Below are positions 27,211-40,164 of a stretch of DNA of 64,000 nucleotides, piece after piece. Made by a program: the position numbers and the translations under genes. Position 1 is the first letter of the stretch; each line of letters begins with the position of its first letter. The stretch is from Octopus bimaculoides (Eukaryota), in the NCBI RefSeq assembly GCF_001194135.2, contig NC_068993.1, positions 9,483,301 through 9,547,300 of the forward strand, written 5' to 3'. A model generated the notes under the pieces. The model was not told the DNA's origin and searched no databases. It worked only from the letters and a program-made list of their open reading frames with translations.

Positions 27211-30200
27211 GAATGACTATAAGCATGGGCTGGGATTCAGGGTTTTTTTGTGTGGGGAGGATACAAGCAGTTATTCCCCCCTCTCCCCATCACCAGCCTT
27301 GTCTAAGGGAGAGAGTTTTTATAAAGACTGCTACAGCTTTAGTACCAGGCTCTTGCTATTTGATGCAGGTATTGGCATCAGAACTCAAAGAACTGGTAAA
27401 CATTCCACAAGGCATTTCATATGGAGCTTTAGCAATTCCATCAACACACCACCCCGAATTACATTTTTTATTAACCCTGAAAGAATGAAAATAAAGTTGC
27501 CCTTAGTTGTATTTGAACTCACAATGTAGAGATCTGCAACAAATGTCACAGCTACTTTGCGATCTAGATGTTTCCTCATTGGTTCATACAGAGCAAGTAG
27601 AGAGAGAGAGAGAGTGGAGTCTATTGGTTAAAGATGGAAAGTCACGAAAATCTCATTTGGTGACCTGAAGATTGATTATTCATTGCAGGGCCTCCCAAAG
27701 AAACACTCTTTTTCCTGTTACCCTTTTAACATCCATCTTCCATGCTGGCATGGGTCAGATGATTTGACTGGACCTGGCAAACCTACTGCACCTGACTATT
27801 TTTTGCTTTAGTATGATTTCTACAGCTGGATGCTCTCCCAGACACCAACCACTTCTCAGAGTGTACTAGGAGCTTTTTACGTGGTACAGGTGCTTTTCAT
27901 GCAGCGTTGGTATAGTTTCCCTCCTACATGGTGCTGGCACGGGTGCTATTTTGCTTGGAGCTGGGACAGGTGATTTTTATGTGACATCAGTATGGGCACT
28001 TTTTATGTAGGGCAAACACAGGTGTTTTTTCTATGTGGCACCACTACCCATGGAGTTACCACGTGGCTCACAAGACAAGGATGTCTAAGCTGAGAGAGTG
28101 TGAGAAACTGAGAGAAGTGGCAGTGTGCCAGACGAGTCACACAGAGTTTACGGAAAATTTTTTGTGGCCTGATTCTATTTCTGTAGCCAGTCCTTGTTTC
28201 CAAGCAAGGTAATATTTCCTTATGGCTTGATATGTTTTCCACAAGATTAGAAACAAACTACATCACTTATATGACAGTGACTTCGATCTGCAACCATTGT
28301 GCACTGTCAAGATACCCCCCCCCACAACATATATACACATATTACGTGTGTATGTATGGTGTGTAAGCATCATCACCATTAGTTGAAAATGTGTAAACAC
28401 AGAAACAAACAAATGCTGTTATTTATATGATAGTGACTTCCATTTACAACCCTTGTATGCTGTCAAGATAACAGCCCCCACCACCATATATATATATATA
28501 TNNNNNNNNNNNNNNNNNNNNNNNNNNNNNNNNNNNNNNNNNNNNNNNNNNNNNNNNNNNNNNNNNNNNNNNNNNNNNNNNNNNNNNNNNNNNNNNNNNN
28601 NNNNNNNNNNNNNNNNNNNNNNNNNNNNNNNNNNNNNNNNNNNNNNNNNNNNNNNNNNNNNNNNNNNNNNNNNNNNNNNNNNNNNNNNNNNNNNNNNNNN
28701 NNNNNNNNNNNNNNNNNNNNNNNNNNNNNNNNNNNNNNNNNNNNNNNNNNNNNNNNNNNNNNNNNNNNNNNNNNNNNNNNNNNNNNNNNNNNNNNNNNNN
28801 NNNNNNNNNNNNNNNNNNNNNNNNNNNNNNNNNNNNNNNNNNNNNNNNNNNNNNNNNNNNNNNNNNNNNNNNAATATATAGTCTATTGACTGTTTTTTTA
28901 CCCTTGCTAGACCACTGGTGGTAAAATAAAATTTCTAAAATTTTCTTTGCTACCCTGTATTTTATTAATATATATATATATGTCATTTAAAGGTTGAAAA
29001 CCCATTGGAACTCCTTTAATCCTTTAGTACTTAAACTGGTCAGATCTGTCCTCTCTCACTGACCCTACAATGTCATTTCAGAAACAAACTGTCACATCAT
29101 CAAAATCACAAAGCTATAAGATATGCAGGATTAATTGAAAGCAATCTTAATAAATAAGCATTGCATTTGACAAGGTAATCTGAAAACTAATAGATTAGAG
29201 TAGCAGAAATAGGTGGGAACTGTACCAAAGAAATATTTAGTTACATCCTTATATGAAGCCTTTTATTTATCACTATCCACTGTGCTTGATTGCATTAGCA
29301 CAAAGATATAGATTTCTAAGGAAGAGATACAGCCAATTGACTCAATCCTAATATGTGACATGCACTTATTTTCATCAATTACCAGAAAATGAAAGGCAAA
29401 GTTAATCTTAGAAGGATTCGAGCGCAGAAACTAGTGAGGACAAGATGAGGTACTTAATGAAAAGCGTTTGAATCAAGTACCACAGACCATCAAGGGACGC
29501 AATTACTTTATTTTATTTCTCCAGTTATCTCCCTTGAATATATTACCCTCACAATAGTAATGGCTGATTAGACACATTTTACTTCAAAAAGATCACTACA
29601 GATCCTAAGTGCGAAGCTGCTTTATATACTACATGATTTAATACACTAAAACATTTATTACATATGTGCTGTTAATACTGGGGTGTCTCTAAAACGCCTT
29701 TTTTTATGCGGCATTATTAGCAGCGTTTCTTAAGTGGTACCAGCACCAGTTTTTTTTTTTATGTGGCACCAGCATCAGTGCTTTTTAATAAAAAAAAAGA
29801 AAAGAACAAGAATCTCTATGCTGCAGTAGTGAAGCTGCAGAATCACAACTGTTGGAGGGACTGTCTCACAAAATTTGCTCTGATGCTCTGCATTCTGAGT
29901 TCATATCCCACTGTTGTTGATGTGATCCTTTTTGTTCTGTCATCCCACAGCACACACTTTAAACAAAGAGCCAGCAAAACATTTATTGTGAACAGGCTGG
30001 AAATGTTTTTATGTCCAGAGGCCCAAAGTAAATAAAAGAATGAAACCACAATCAATTGTACAAAGCTATGAAAACAACATTTTTTTTTTTAATATAATGA
30101 TTACATGATAAAATTCTAATGACTGAATAGTTACACATCTAATGGTGTAAAAAAAAATGATTTTAGTCTAACAAAAGAAAAATATAACAGAAGTAGAAAA

Positions 30201-30218
30201 CTTTTTTTCCTCACTTAC

Positions 30219-30387
30219 TAAGTTTTGGTTGACAATGGTGTTCTGATATTCTCCATCCATGAAGGAAACAATCATCGGATCCAGTGTATATGAGGTTAGG
30301 GTCAATTAAACTCCAACTAACACACATCAATCGACCCGAATGACCGCGGTAATGAGCTAAGGCCTCACCTTTCTTAACGTCCCACAC
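30219..30387 (-). CDS. GEMIN5: Gemin5 exon 14, last WD repeat (VWDVKKGEALAHYRGHSGRLMCVSWSLIDPNLIYTGSDD)
   Basis: TTTCAG acceptor, A|GTAAGT donor, phase 0 to 1. Confidence 0.93.
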
Positions 30388-30559
30388 CTGAAAATTATTA
30401 AAAAAAATGAATTGGTTGTTTTTTTTCACTCTTTTATTTATACCAATACTTTTCACTATCCTGAAACAACCACCTGGTCAAAAACAAAATACATTGCTGT
30501 CCTGAAAGATATCCTAAAATCTCTAGTTCACCACCCCTTAAAGACTGTCATTCACAAGC

Positions 30560-31260
30560 CAGCATAGAAGTCTTTATGCCATTGTTTGCCCTACTTCAAA
30601 TAGAAGCCTTTCATTTCTTCGAGGTTCAGCCACCCATCCATTTTCTCTGGTTTGTGGAGGTAGAGTCCTAGGGTATCTTCTCCATAGGGTCCTATCAGAA
30701 GTAACTAACATTAGACTTTCTGACTGGATTTCCAAACCTGACAACCATCTGAGACTGGATATTAAGCAGTTAACCATGAAATTCTTGCTCTATCCCGAGG
30801 TTTCCCACTAATTGGCTCAACTTGAAGAATTCACCTTTACCATTCATTCCTGGAACATTCTAAACATAACGTCCATAGCACCAGAGTTGTGACCTCTCAA
30901 TGTGGAGATGCAACAGCTTGACCTGGAGAGAATCCCAGATCTCTGAGTTATGCACTCTGTCAAGTAACATTATTCTCGAGATCCTTTGGAGGAACCCAAT
31001 TTTGGCTGCTTGTGTCTGTGATTGTACCCTTTTGGTCGATACCCAACATTCAGGACCATATGTGAGGATCGGCAGAGAAACCAAGTTGAAGATAGTAAGT
31101 TTAAAGCATGAGTAATGGTGCCATGTAAAAAGCACTGGTAATGATGCACTGTTTGATGGTGCCACATAAAAAGCACCCAGTACAGTTGGTAAAGTGGTTG
31201 GCATTAGGAAGGGCATTCAGCTGTAGAGACCAAGCCAAAAACAGACTATGGAACCTGGTG
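30560..31260 (-). mobile_element. Decayed RTE-like LINE fragment
   Basis: LPILTYGPECWV...AAKIGFLQRI...IERSQLWCYG. Confidence 0.75.
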
Positions 31261-31455
31261 CAGGGATGCAGTGGCAATGGGGAGATAGTAACAAATGAAT
31301 AATGAACAGGAGTGGATGGAGATGCAGAAGAGAGTATATGGAGGGGAGAAGGGCAGGATAAAACAGGAGGGCCATAAGATAGAACACTTAATAAGCTGGG
31401 GCTAAACAATAAGCAATACAACCAAAGCACATTCCAAAGGGTGACGACAACTTAC

Positions 31456-31601
31456 CACAGCAGTTTTGTCATAAGAAATTGTGACTAGGTGACCTTCATT
31501 GTGTGTACTCCAACACAGACCAGTGATTCTCTTACTGTGACCTTCCAGGCTGCGAAGACTCTCAGTGATTACTATTGTTTCGTTGCTGTGTGAAGCCTTC
31601 T
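31456..31601 (-). CDS. GEMIN5: Gemin5 exon 13 (ITESLRSLEGHSKRITGLCWSTHNEGHLVTISYDKTAV)
   Basis: Phase 1 to 0, GTG|GTAAGT donor; matches [38 protein letters not shown]. Confidence 0.93.
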
Positions 31602-32199
31602 CTGAAATTTCAATAAAAAACATCGTTTGAAAATCTATGGAGTTCTGGTATAAACAAAAAACTTTCAAAAATAGGTAAATAGTGGAAAAGGTGGTTGGTA
31701 GGAGAAGTAAATGGAAATAAGTGTGTTTAGTAGGTTGGAAAAGAGAAGGCACAGAACAAGTATGTGGCCATAGAAAACCTTCCTGGATGTTTCCATATAT
31801 GCATACACATACACATACACAAATGTACGTAAACACATTCTTTTCACTTTCTAATTTGGTTTCAGTTGCTGGGACAGTAAAAACCCCAGCTAAGGTAACA
31901 GAGAGATAGTTAGGTAGAGCAGCTGTTATGGCCTCTTCACAGAAAAGTAACTCCAGTTGTTTAGAGCACCAAGTCCGCTCTAACTGAGCAGAAGTTCCAC
32001 CTTTGACCAGCTTGTTTTATTGATGATCTATATTTCTAAAACTATATTGTACACTGTTGTTGTACTTGGGGATGGTCATATTGCCATTATAATTTTATAT
32101 ATATATATATATATATAATACGAATAATATATGAATATATGCATATATATGTACATACCAACACCTACATGTATATATAGATGCATATCTGGGTACAGG

Positions 32200-32750
32200 A
32201 CGTTGCAAAAAAATGTGGACAAAATGACAGAGTACAGAAAACACACAGGCCACATAGAGAACATTTCCTTCATCAGCTGCCACCATTCTAAAACTAAGCG
32301 TTTCGAAGAGTTAGGGCAGGACGCATCGTTAGAATGGCTCTTCTCACGGACCACAAATTAATTATGTAACATGGAGGTATATAGTGGCAGACAGAAAACA
32401 AGACAGGAAAACGAAACAGTGAAAATAAACAAGAAAAGCAATACGGCCAGACGTGAAAAAACATGTGTATACTGAACACTGAAGCAACGAACTGGAAGGG
32501 AGACGAAGAATGTTCATGCGAGCTTGGCGATGGCCAAGAGAAGAAAGGAAGTAGTAGCCAGACAGATGTGACCAGCGAGGGGTAAGGAGAAAGAGTGGTA
32601 GAGGGAGAAAAAGAGGAGGAAGTAGAATATAGGTGAGCAACGAGAGACAGAGAGGAAGAGAGAGATATAGTAGTGAAGGGGAGAAGCGAAGAACAACAGA
32701 AGGAAAAATGAGAGGGGGAGAAAGATACAAAGATAGATAGTGTCGCGTCA
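32200..32750 (-). mobile_element. Probable Penelope-like 3'/pLTR remnant
   Basis: Pyrimidine-rich tract on the minus strand followed by decayed hammerhead-like motifs; abuts (TA)n. Confidence 0.45.
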
Positions 32751-33158
32751 TAAATATATATATATATATATATATGCGATTATTTGTTAATCAGTGCCAA
32801 ACTTTACAATCTGTAAATAATAATATTTTATAAACTTAAAGCTTATAAGCGATGAAAAGAAAGTAGGGTTTGTCATACGCATGCGTATGGTAAACCCTAC
32901 ATTTTTCCATCAAGGGGTTATACACCCCAATATTAGACTCTTTAGGCATAGTGATCACTTAATAACTTTCAGCTTATAAAATATTATTATTACATATATA
33001 TTATTTTTTTTTTTAGTTTTGGTTAATTCAGCTGCTATTTCAAGCATGCCAGGCAACAGTATAAAGGCTCCCATATGAACAGCAGATTCTAGTATAGTTG
33101 AAGATGAATAAGAGAAGAGGAGAAAGCACAAAACTGCAAAAGGAAATTGGTTGCATAC

Positions 33159-33355
33159 CTTTAATGACAATAGTGAGGTCAACAACATGTACAACAGAAT
33201 CATTGGAGCCTATAGCTAACCAGTTGGAGCAGGTAGACATCATGTTGTAGCTGGTGGTGTATAAAGGGTGCCAACTGATGCAGTTGATGATTTTAGAGAA
33301 AATATTTATCGTACACATTATCTGTAAATGTGGAGGAAGAAATATCTCGACAGAC
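33159..33355 (-). CDS. GEMIN5: Gemin5 exon 12 (SVEIFLPPHLQIMCTI...ISWHP...LAIGSNDSVVHVVDL)
   Basis: TGTAG acceptor, G|GTATGC donor, phase 2 to 1. Confidence 0.92.
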
Positions 33356-34356
33356 CTACAAATACACATAAATAGATTAGTTATTACACATACAATAATA
33401 ATTGTAAATATCACACAAGAAACCTATATACACATTTGCACACACACACAAGCAGATGACCTGCTTCAAATAGATAGGTCAGACTTAATACTGGCTGCAA
33501 AGGATTGACACTTTGTACTATTGTACAAAGTGTCCAATATTTCGCTCAAATGTTTCAATGTTTCACTTGAATACTATCAAGGATATATCCTTCTTAACCT
33601 TTTAGCATTTAAACCAACCATATTTGGCTCAAATATTCTACCTGTTTTACATTCAGACTGCCCAGATCCAGTCTCACACACCGATCCTACGATGTCATTC
33701 TAAAAATAAACTCACATATATCGAAAATATTTTGGTAAAGTAAAATTAAATGTTGAAGTGAATCTAATGGTTTTTGTGTGCTTTTTAAATGGCTTATAAA
33801 CACCTTCCATGCTGCAATTGTTTTCGTTCCAGCACACGCTCTCAGATCAGGTCACTTGCTGTGCAAATACATCTCCGTTATAGGAAAATGAAGAATAAGG
33901 CAGAATGCTAAATTGGAAGCATATTTTAATAAAGATTTCTAACCGGCTTTCATTGCAAAGCAAATTTTCAAGAAGGAGAATGAAAATGTTTTTTTACGAA
34001 GAAGTACAAAATGAAGAAAATAATATATAAAAAAATAACTATACCANNNNNNNNNNNNNNNNNNNNNNNNNNNNNNNNNNNNNNNNNNNNNNNNNNNNNN
34101 NNNNNNNNNNNNNNNNNNNNNNNNNNNNNNNNNNNNNNNNNNNNNNNNNNNNNNNNNNNNNNNNNNNNNNNNNNNNNNNNNNNNNNNNNNNNNNNNNNNN
34201 NNNNNNNNNNNNNNNNNNNNNNNNNNNNNNNNNNNNNNNNNNNNNNNNNNNNNNNNNNNNNNNNNNNNNNNNNNNNNNNNNNNNNNNNNNNNNNNNNNNN
34301 NNNNNNNNNNNNNNNNNNNNNNNNNNNNNNNNNNNNNNNNNNNNNNNNNNNNNNNN

Positions 34357-34404
<48 letters not shown>

Positions 34405-34823
34405 GTGTGTAAGCGTATGTGTTTATGTGCATGTACATGTAAGTTTTGAACCACAAAAAGATGAAAGGCAAAGTCGACCTTGGCAGAATTAGAACTCAGA
34501 CAGATGAAATACCCAATGGCATTTTGCCCAACGTGTTAATGATTCTGCCAGCTTGCTACCTTAATAATAATAATAATTATATGGGTTTCAAATTTTGGCA
34601 CAAGTCCTGCAATTTGGGAAGAGGAAATAAGTCGATTACATCGACCCCACTGCTCAACTGGTACTTATTTTATCGACCCCCACAAGGGTAAAAGGCAAAG
34701 TCAACCTCAGCAGAATTTGAACTCAGAATGTAAAGACAGATGAAATGCTGCTAAGAATGTTGTCTGGAGTGGTAATGATTCTGCCAGTTTTCTGCAGTAA
34801 TAATAACAATAATATTATCTTAC

Positions 34824-34906
34824 CCATCAATGTTACCAATAGCAACTAATGAGAAATCAGGGCTCCATCTAATCTCAGTGCGATTCGGGAAGGTTCCAGA
34901 GTCATT
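34824..34906 (-). CDS. GEMIN5: Gemin5 exon 11 (NDSGTFPNRTEIRWSPDFSLVAIGNID)
   Basis: Translated by hand; phase 0 to 2; matches [20 protein letters not shown]. Confidence 0.9.
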
Positions 34907-35633
34907 CTGAAGAAAAAGAAATATTTAATATTAGATATTTTCACAAGAATTCTTTATAACATATTCAACCATGTGATAAGGAAACATAATAATAATAATA
35001 ACCCTTTGTGTTATAAGTACAAGGCCTGTACTTTGGTGGCATGGTGGGATTGTCAATTATATCAATCCCAATGCATAACTGGTATTTACTTTATTGACTC
35101 TGAAAGGAATAGCTGACCATAGCAGAATCTCCAAGTTTCTTGAGATTCAACGAGATGTCACCAAATCTCAAGATAATATCCCTGTTAATTTAATTAGCAT
35201 CAAGAAGCTCTTGAATACTAGGCACTGGCTCTCATGGTTTTAGATCTCAACTGGTTGGATGTGTTATCATGTATGTTTTGTCTTGGTATGAAAGATGGGC
35301 TACAGCAAATATTTTGGTCCATACTACAGATTTGCTTGACCTTAACCAGTTGAGCATGGCTCTTAGTGGCTGATGACATGTGCCTCTCTGATTGTGAGCA
35401 GAAGCAGAGGGGGAGCATCATAACTAACAAAATTGTTTACTGCTTGGACAGGGATGTGTACGTAAAATACAGTAATGTTACGAGTGAGGGTATGGTAGAG
35501 TAGTTTCCCTTGATTTTTTTTTTTTTTACCCTTCATCCACGTATTTTATAACTGAACATGTCACCTTGCAAGTGAGAGGTGGAACCATCAGACGAAAGAG
35601 AGAGAGAGAGAGAGAGAGAGACCGAGAACTTAC

Positions 35634-35764
35634 TTTTCCATTGGTGTGCTGAATTATATGGTTAACGTTAGTGGCAGGTTCTGAAGAATTAATATAATGC
35701 TGAAGAATTGTATTTTCACCTTGGCTATACAGATTATATAAAGATCGGTTGGTATTGGTTGATC
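35634..35764 (-). CDS. GEMIN5: Gemin5 exon 10 (STNTNRSLYNLYSQGENTILQH...HTNGK)
   Basis: Translated by hand; CTTCAG acceptor, AAA|GTAAGT donor, phase 1 to 0. Confidence 0.88.
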
Positions 35765-35830
35765 CTGAAGTAAAAAAAAACCCCAGAAAATTTCAAGTTG
35801 TCACCTACTCCAGGTACACTTAGCAATGCA

Positions 35831-35863
<33 letters not shown>

Positions 35864-36785
35864 AATTATTTCTTTAACTGTTACTAAATTATTTAATTAT
35901 TTACATAATAAACATGTAATTATTAATATTAAATGACAGAAAGGCAAGGAGCTGGCACAAACGCAAGCATGTCTGACAAAAAGCTTGGTGGAATTTTGGC
36001 TGTCTTTATGTTCTGAGTTCAACTTTGCATTTCATCATTTTGGGGTCAATAAAATAAGGACAAGTTGAGCCATGGGGTTGATGTAATCAACTTACATACT
36101 CCTCCAAAATTGGTGGCCTTGTGCACAGATTCTTCTGGAGTTGGTAAAATTCAACTACCAGTCAAATACTGGGAGCTGGGGGGGGGGATGTTTTAATTAA
36201 ATCAACAATTCCTTCTGCAAAATCTCTTTGTGCTCATAATTGTTTGCAAGGAAGACTGGAAATGAAAGACCCCCCCCACCACCACCACTTGTATAATGAT
36301 GTTTGTTTACATCTACCATGTGATGTGAAAACAAAGAGACACAAAACACTCACTTGTGTGCATAAACACACACACACACACATATGCATGTGTTAATTTG
36401 ATGCTGAAGAAAAATGGAAGTCTTTGACATTTTGAGTCTACACCTTTCTACAGGAAGAAAGAGAGAAGACAGACAGAGAGAGGGTGAAAAAAAAGAACAG
36501 AGAGAGCAAAACAACATGTTTGGATTAATGGTTGCACAGGCTTCTTTCAGTTTCCATCTATCAAATCTACACACAAGGCTTTGGCCAGCCCAGAGCTATA
36601 AAAGACAACTGCCCAGGGTGCCACACAGTGGGACTGAACAGAAAACCACATGGCTGGGCAATGAGCGTCTAAACCACACACCCATGCCTATACCTCAATA
36701 TCAATAAATATCAATAATCAATAAATATAAAAACTTTATGAAAAAAATAATAAAATGGATACTGAAAGAGAAAATATTGTCCTAC

Positions 36786-36862
36786 CAGCTTTGTATGTTG
36801 GCTTTCCCCAGTCAAGACAGTACACAGTTTTGGAATGGTAGCTTGGACATATTGAAGGAGGC
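36786..36862 (-). CDS. GEMIN5: Gemin5 exon 9 (PPSICPSYHSKTVYCLDWGKPTYKA)
   Basis: Translated by hand; TTTTAG acceptor, G|GTAGGA donor, phase 2 to 1; matches PPQISSTYHKKTVYTLAWG. Confidence 0.9.
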
Positions 36863-37587
36863 CTAAAAAAAATTAAATTAATAACATAAAAAAGGAAAGT
36901 ATATAATACAAACCCACACTGTTAGGTCATACATCTGTACTTGAAATACAGTTTTGCAAGAGGTTTACTCATTGTAAGATGGGTAACTTTGGAATACATC
37001 ATCATCATCTCCAAGGTTAACTTTGCTCTCATCCATTTGGAGTTGATTAAAACAAAGTATCAGTCAACTACTTGGGTCGATTTAATCAACTTTCCCCCTC
37101 CCCTTAGAATTGCTCGCCTTGTGTGAAAATTAAAATTATAGAGATACTGTATAAATAAAATGTAAAATCTCAAGTCTATTCAGAAGACATGAGCTGGTAG
37201 AAATAGCAGTCAAATCTCCACTGGATCACACCCTCCTGTCTTAAAAAAGAAAGGAAGAAACCGAATAATGCCGTTGTTAATCCATAGTAATAAAAAAACC
37301 AAAAAAAAAACCCAGGAATATGCTATTTGAGGCATTACTTCACAGTTGGATGCCTTTACTTTCAGTTACTGTCACCCATTTCTAAGCAAGGTAATATTTC
37401 CCTACAGCCCAATATGTTTTTGATAAAATTGAGTACTAGGGTCAATGCAATCGACCAACTCCCTCACCCCAAATGTCAGGCCTTGCCCCTGTAGTAGAAA
37501 TGATTATTATTATCATTATTAAGGTATCATTAACATTGGAATGGTTTCCGGTAAAAATATTTTATTTCGTTGGTAAATGTTACTAAC

Positions 37588-37673
37588 TTGTGAGAATTGA
37601 CTTCAACAGTAGCCACTCGACCATCATCGGTGCCATAAGCAAGGAGACCTTCATATGTGGGGTGCCATCGGAC
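37588..37673 (-). CDS. GEMIN5: Gemin5 exon 8 (VRWHPTYEGLLAYGTDDGRVATVEVNSH)
   Basis: Translated by hand; phase 0 to 2; matches CWHPTKEGCLAFGTDDGKV. Confidence 0.92.
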
Positions 37674-37893
37674 CTTGAAATAAAAGACAAGATAGATTAG
37701 AAACAAGAGAGATTAAAGGCGGGAAGTAGATTACTTTCAATATCTACTGGTTATTGAGAGGGGATGGAAGAGGGAGAAAGAGAGAAAGAAAGGAGAGGGA
37801 GAAAGGGGGAGAAAGAAAGAGGAGAGAAAGGAAAAAGAAAGAAAAAGAGGAAGAAAGAGAGGGAGTTGAAAAGAGAGAGAGAAAAGAACATAC

Positions 37894-38006
37894 CACAGTC
37901 ACTTTGGATTTAATTTTCTGCCAAATTTGTACAAGAAATCGATTAGAATCTTTGGTACGGTTCCAAATTCTGATGGTGTTATCACCAATGCCAAGTGCAA
38001 TTCGTC
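37894..38006 (-). CDS. GEMIN5: Gemin5 exon 7 (RIALGIGDNTIRIWN...WQKIKSKVTV)
   Basis: Phase 1 to 0, GT-AG; matches LAIGVGDGMIRVWN...WQGVKSKVTA. Confidence 0.92.
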
Positions 38007-38551
38007 CTGAAAGAAATGAGAAAATCATATTTATTTTTTTAATCTTCCTCTTCCCTGTTGGTGGTATTTTGTAATTTCCATACAGTAAAACTCCATGTAA
38101 ACCATGCAACTTTTATTCCCCAAAATCAAGATTAAAATTAGGGGTGGATATAATACATAAAAATAATAACACCAACCACTGTATAAGGTGTACTGGATGC
38201 TTTTTACGTGGCACTGACAGAGGTGCTTTTATGTGGCACCACTTTGGGTGCCTTTTTATGTTGAAGAAAAGTAGGGTGATAAAGAGGGAGCGATTCATGT
38301 AAAAACAAAATAATGGGTTCATTAGGTTAAGTCTTATTGGTGAAATACAGTTGCTTTGAATTTGCTTCAGAAAGGGGTCTACGTTTGTGATGGTTAGTCG
38401 GGGGTGGGGGCACTAGGAATGTGGCTTGGGTGTCAAGGGGTGAGGGCAGCCCGAAAAAGTTTGGGAACCACTGCTTCAGATTTGTGAAATTTCAGTAACA
38501 ATTACATATCAGAAAAAAAAAACCCCTAAAAAGACTCTGAAAAACACTTAC

Positions 38552-38648
38552 CAGGGTCCAAGGGAACAGCATGCACATCATACACAAACCCTCCAAATGT
38601 AGATACAATGTGAATGCTTTTACATTTGTCAACATCCCAAAAAATCAT
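38552..38648 (-). CDS. GEMIN5: Gemin5 exon 6 (MIFWDVDKCKSIHIVSTFGGFVYDVHAVPLDP)
   Basis: Not in ORF track; translated by hand; TTTCAG acceptor, G|GTAAGT donor, phase 0 to 1. Confidence 0.9.
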
Positions 38649-40007
38649 CTGAAAGAAAGAAAAAGAATGTTCATTAAAAGTGAAAGACCAGAATTATGAA
38701 GTCCGAGAAATTATTTCAAAATATGGTCACTTCCATACTCACATCAAAAACACAAACAAGTATTTTAACTTTCATCCAATTCACAGTATCAGTTCTTGGC
38801 CATTTATTTCATGAATGAATCCTAGAATATAACTGGTATTCATCTTTTATTTGTTTCAGTCGTCAGAATGTGGCCATGCTAGGGCACCACCTTGAAGAAC
38901 TTTTAATTGAACGAATTGACCCCAGTCCTTATTATTTTTTGTAAAGCCTGATACTTATTCTATTGGACTCCTTTGCCGAACTGCTAAGTTGTGGGGACAT
39001 AAATACACTAACACCGGTTGTCAAGCAGTGGTGGATGACAAATACACACACACACACACATATATATGGGATTCTTTCAGTTTCTGTTTACCAAATCCAT
39101 TCACAAGGCTTTGGTCAACCCAAGGCTATAATAGAAGACACTTGTTTAAGGTGCCATACAGTGGGACTGAACCTGGAACCATGTGGTTGGGAAGCAAGTT
39201 TCTTACCAGATAGCCACACCACTGCCTATTTATCTTGATAATCCAACAAAAACAATAACTGTTTCTAAATTTAGACACAAGCCTGTTGTAACGAGAGTAC
39301 GACACCCTCTGACGAGAATAGATGGGACCACTACATTTAAATAGTAGTGGCCTGACATAATCGGAAGTCCATATTTTGTTACTACTGTAGTTTATCATCA
39401 TCATCATCGTTTAACATCCGCTTTCCATGCTGGCATAGGTTGGATGGTTTGACTGAGGACTGGCAAGTCAGATAGCTGCACCAGGCTCCAATATAATCTG
39501 GCATAGTTTCTACAGCTGAATGCCCTTCCTAATGCCAACCAATCTGAGAGTGAAGTGGGTGTTTTTTATGTGCCACCGGCACGAGGGCCAGTCAGGCGAC
39601 TCTTTATGTATCATCCACTCTATTAACCACACTACAATAATGGAGGCATAAGGATATAACAAAGGCCAACAATGTTTTATCAATTCTCCTCTATTTCAAT
39701 ACACAAATTTATAGATTTCATCACATTGGTCTATTATGTTAACCATTATGATACTAACCTAACTGAGACATAAGTATAAAAAAATATAATTTATGTTAAA
39801 AAGAGTAATGTCCTATGGTTGAAGGTATATTCGTTAAGTGTAGGAACTGGAGTAGTTTGAAACCCGTTGTGGGAAGCAAGTGAAGTTTACTCTGACAAAT
39901 ATTATACAAAAATGAGATTTGGTATATTTGTAAAAATTAACACTTCCTTCTCCAAGCTTAGAATAATATTGTAGAAAGATAGTGTATAATAATGAAGATG
40001 GACTCAC

Positions 40008-40164
40008 ATTTCTGTCTTGTGAATTGGTCAGCAAAATGTTGTGGTCAAGTCCAAGTGAAGCAATATTGAAAACAATACGATTATGAGAGCAGTTTGATGC
40101 GGCACTGAAAATAACAAACTTCTTTTTCCCAGGATAACTAAGATCCCACTTGAGCATTACGCCT
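40008..40164 (-). CDS. GEMIN5: Gemin5 exon 5 (GVMLKWDLS...HNRIVFN...TNSQDRN)
   Basis: TTCCAG acceptor, AAT|GTGAGT donor, phase 2 to 0; matches HSRIVFN...STSMDRD. Confidence 0.92.

Noticed and set aside
39305-39372. CTGACGA followed by a CCACTAC/GTAGTGG hairpin and GGAAGTC
   Set aside because: No GAAA, no stem III and no stem I complementarity; not called a ribozyme.
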